Below, piece after piece: positions 62,436 through 64,000 of a DNA stretch of 64,000 nucleotides. The notes beneath the pieces were generated by a model. It was not told the origin of the DNA. It worked only from the letters and a program-made list of their open reading frames with translations, and ran no database searches. A program made the position numbers and the translations under genes. This DNA comes from a virus: the UHGV virus genome UHGV-0253196. One strand, given 5' to 3'. Every line of letters starts with the position of its first letter. Within the stretch, counting starts at the first letter, position 1.

Positions 62436-62912
62436 ATGCAAGACTTTGGAATGTTAGCACATTGTGTTAGAAACAACAAGACCAGTGACAAGACCGCAAG
62501 CGGTTCCGTTATGAACACCACCATGTATGCGAAGGTAGGTAAAGAGAAACGTTCCGTGTGCGAAGTGAACCAGTTTTCAAGTGGCAATGAGCATGTGTCA
62601 CAGTTCTCATTTAGTGACCGGGCAGGTATTAGTTCCGCACTCACTGTCATTGTGAATGATGAAACAGGTATCACCACCTGTAAACACCCTCATGTTGTGT
62701 GTGAGGACAGATGGGTGTTAAAGAACCTCGACATATTCCAGAAGGTGTATCTAGTGACAGACCCCGCAGATGTACCCAAGTGGTTTAATGATATGTTCCT
62801 TGAAATTATGGACAGATTACTGTATGATTGTGAGTGTGACGATTTACCGGAAATTCTTGTGAACGTCCGTGACTATATCAGTGGGTTATCAAGACCCGTA
62901 GGAAAGGAGTAG
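62436..62912 (+). CDS. hypothetical protein
   Basis: AAAAGGAG RBS. 158 aa. Confidence 0.5.
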   Translation: MQDFGMLAHCVRNNKTSDKTASGSVMNTTMYAKVGKEKRSVCEVNQFSSGNEHVSQFSFSDRAGISSALTVIVNDETGITTCKHPHVVCEDRWVLKNLDIFQKVYLVTDPADVPKWFNDMFLEIMDRLLYDCECDDLPEILVNVRDYISGLSRPVGKE

Positions 62913-62914
62913 TT

Positions 62915-63334
62915 ATGAGTAAAGACTACATTAAAATCTCACCCCAACATGGTGTGAATCCCTCAATGATTATTTGCCCGTATTGCAGAGAGCCGAAAGG
63001 TATTGCACTCATGGGAAGACTACCACAAGACCGTGAAGCACCAAAAGAGGTCATTGCAGACTATGAACCGTGTGACAACTGCAAGAAGTTGTTTGCCGGA
63101 GGTGTGTTGTGTTTGGACGTTGTAGAAACACCAACGTTTGAAAACCAGCAACCCGTGTTTGAGGACAAGAATATTAAACTCTATCCGACATTCCGTTTCA
63201 TGGTGTTAAATAGAGAGTTTGCGCGGGAGAATTTTAATCTGAGTGAAGACCAAGACACCATGGTTATGGCGCATAGTGCTTTTGACCATTTATATAGTCA
63301 GATACAGTCTTTCATGGAACCCGCCGAAAATTAA
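62915..63334 (+). CDS. hypothetical zinc-ribbon protein (CPYC...CDNC)
   Basis: AAAGGAG RBS. 139 aa. Confidence 0.5.
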   Translation: MSKDYIKISPQHGVNPSMIICPYCREPKGIALMGRLPQDREAPKEVIADYEPCDNCKKLFAGGVLCLDVVETPTFENQQPVFEDKNIKLYPTFRFMVLNREFARENFNLSEDQDTMVMAHSAFDHLYSQIQSFMEPAEN

Positions 63335-63468
63335 GCGTTTTAACGTGCACACTATTGACAGTGTTTTAGGACGTGTGTTATAGTGTGTACTGTAAAGCAC
63401 TTAACGAGTGCTAGGTAACACAACCACATATTATATAGTGCGCAAGAGTGCGCAGAAAGGACAAGACT

Positions 63469-63879
63469 ATGTTAAAATCAAAGAAATTGAAACCGAGGTT
63501 AAATGTAAAGAGAGCGTTAGACGTGGAAAAAGAAACACCAAAAGCAGAGCCTAAGAAAAAGACCAAGTTTGAGGATAAGTACACACCAGAGTTTGACCCG
63601 GTAGAGGTAGTCATGAGTGATAAGTACAAACTTATCTTAACTGTCCAGCGTGACAACGAAAATGGTCTTTTAGAGTTAGACATTCGCACATACCAGACCA
63701 CAGACTTGTACACCGGGTTCACCAAGAAGGGTGTTCGTGTCCCGTTAGAGAAAGTGGCTAACCTTGAATCCGCATTATATGACATATTAGAGAAGTGCGA
63801 GGAACATGACCTCATGGAAGAGGCATTTGAGTATGAAGAATGTGGTGCCAGAGAGTATGCGGAATCAGACGAGGAATAA
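63469..63879 (+). CDS. hypothetical protein
   Basis: AAAGGA RBS before ATG 63469. 136 aa with an acidic C-terminus. Confidence 0.5.
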   Translation: MLKSKKLKPRLNVKRALDVEKETPKAEPKKKTKFEDKYTPEFDPVEVVMSDKYKLILTVQRDNENGLLELDIRTYQTTDLYTGFTKKGVRVPLEKVANLESALYDILEKCEEHDLMEEAFEYEECGAREYAESDEE

Positions 63880-63900
63880 TTGAATAAAGTACCTATAACA

Positions 63901-63946
63901 GACACGCTATGAGCACAAGAAAGACCGCCATAGCGTGTCTTTTTGT
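63901..63946 (+). terminator. strong rho-independent terminator (11-bp stem GACACGCTATG/CATAGCGTGTC + TTTTTG)
   Basis: Read in the sequence. Confidence 0.65.
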
Positions 63947-64000
63947 TGTCTTGCTACACCATAGCCCACACAACGCATTACAAGTCATTTCCAGCCCTTT

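Noticed and set aside
63411-63905. 164-aa minus-strand ORF
   Set aside because: Fully antisense to the RBS-supported + strand gene 63469-63879. Its Ser-rich composition is a mirror of the sense frame.

Overview
This window looks like one contiguous stretch of a large tailed phage of a low-GC Gram-positive host, probably a Bacillus-like endospore former. The evidence for that is AGGAGG-type ribosome-binding sites, a PBSX-like contractile tail module, an XhlA/XhlB/XkdX-like lysis region and a SpoVS homologue. Almost every gene is on the + strand.

Gene order:
- 1-23053: a truncated head gene, scaffold, major capsid and head-tail joining proteins, then tail sheath, tail tube, a G/GT-type tail assembly chaperone pair with a -1 slippery site, a 1098-aa tape measure protein, a baseplate module (LysM, hub, spike, gp25-like, J, gpI-like fused to a 1344-aa fibre) and tail fibres.
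- 23160-23640: a bidirectional terminator and an AT-rich moron with the only minus-strand gene.
- 23686-26394: a lysis cassette (XhlA-like protein, holin, endolysin with aromatic cell-wall-binding repeats).
- 26600-47266: a replication and recombination module. It has an SF2 helicase split by an intein in motif II, a DnaD-like protein, DnaC-like loader, DnaB, primase, gp32-like SSB, HU/TF1-like protein, family-A DNA polymerase, a RecA-like recombinase, a Cas4-like nuclease and two Hjc-like nucleases.
- 47845-48521: a phage-encoded signal peptidase I next to SpoVS.
- 48753-56648: the most interesting part, a 7-deazaguanine (preQ0-type) DNA-modification island. It contains FolE, QueD, QueE, a QueC fused to a radical-SAM/SPASM-like domain, an iron-sulfur flavoprotein, a MazG-like pyrophosphatase and a large TGT/DpdA-like candidate DNA-guanine transglycosylase.
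- 56700-64000: an early-gene-like module of small genes, each with a strong sigma-A-like promoter and terminator. It sits in long non-coding stretches full of AACACCAAA iterons and palindromes, and includes a MazF-like/coiled-coil fusion.

Coordinates of non-ORF features are approximate to within a few nucleotides.
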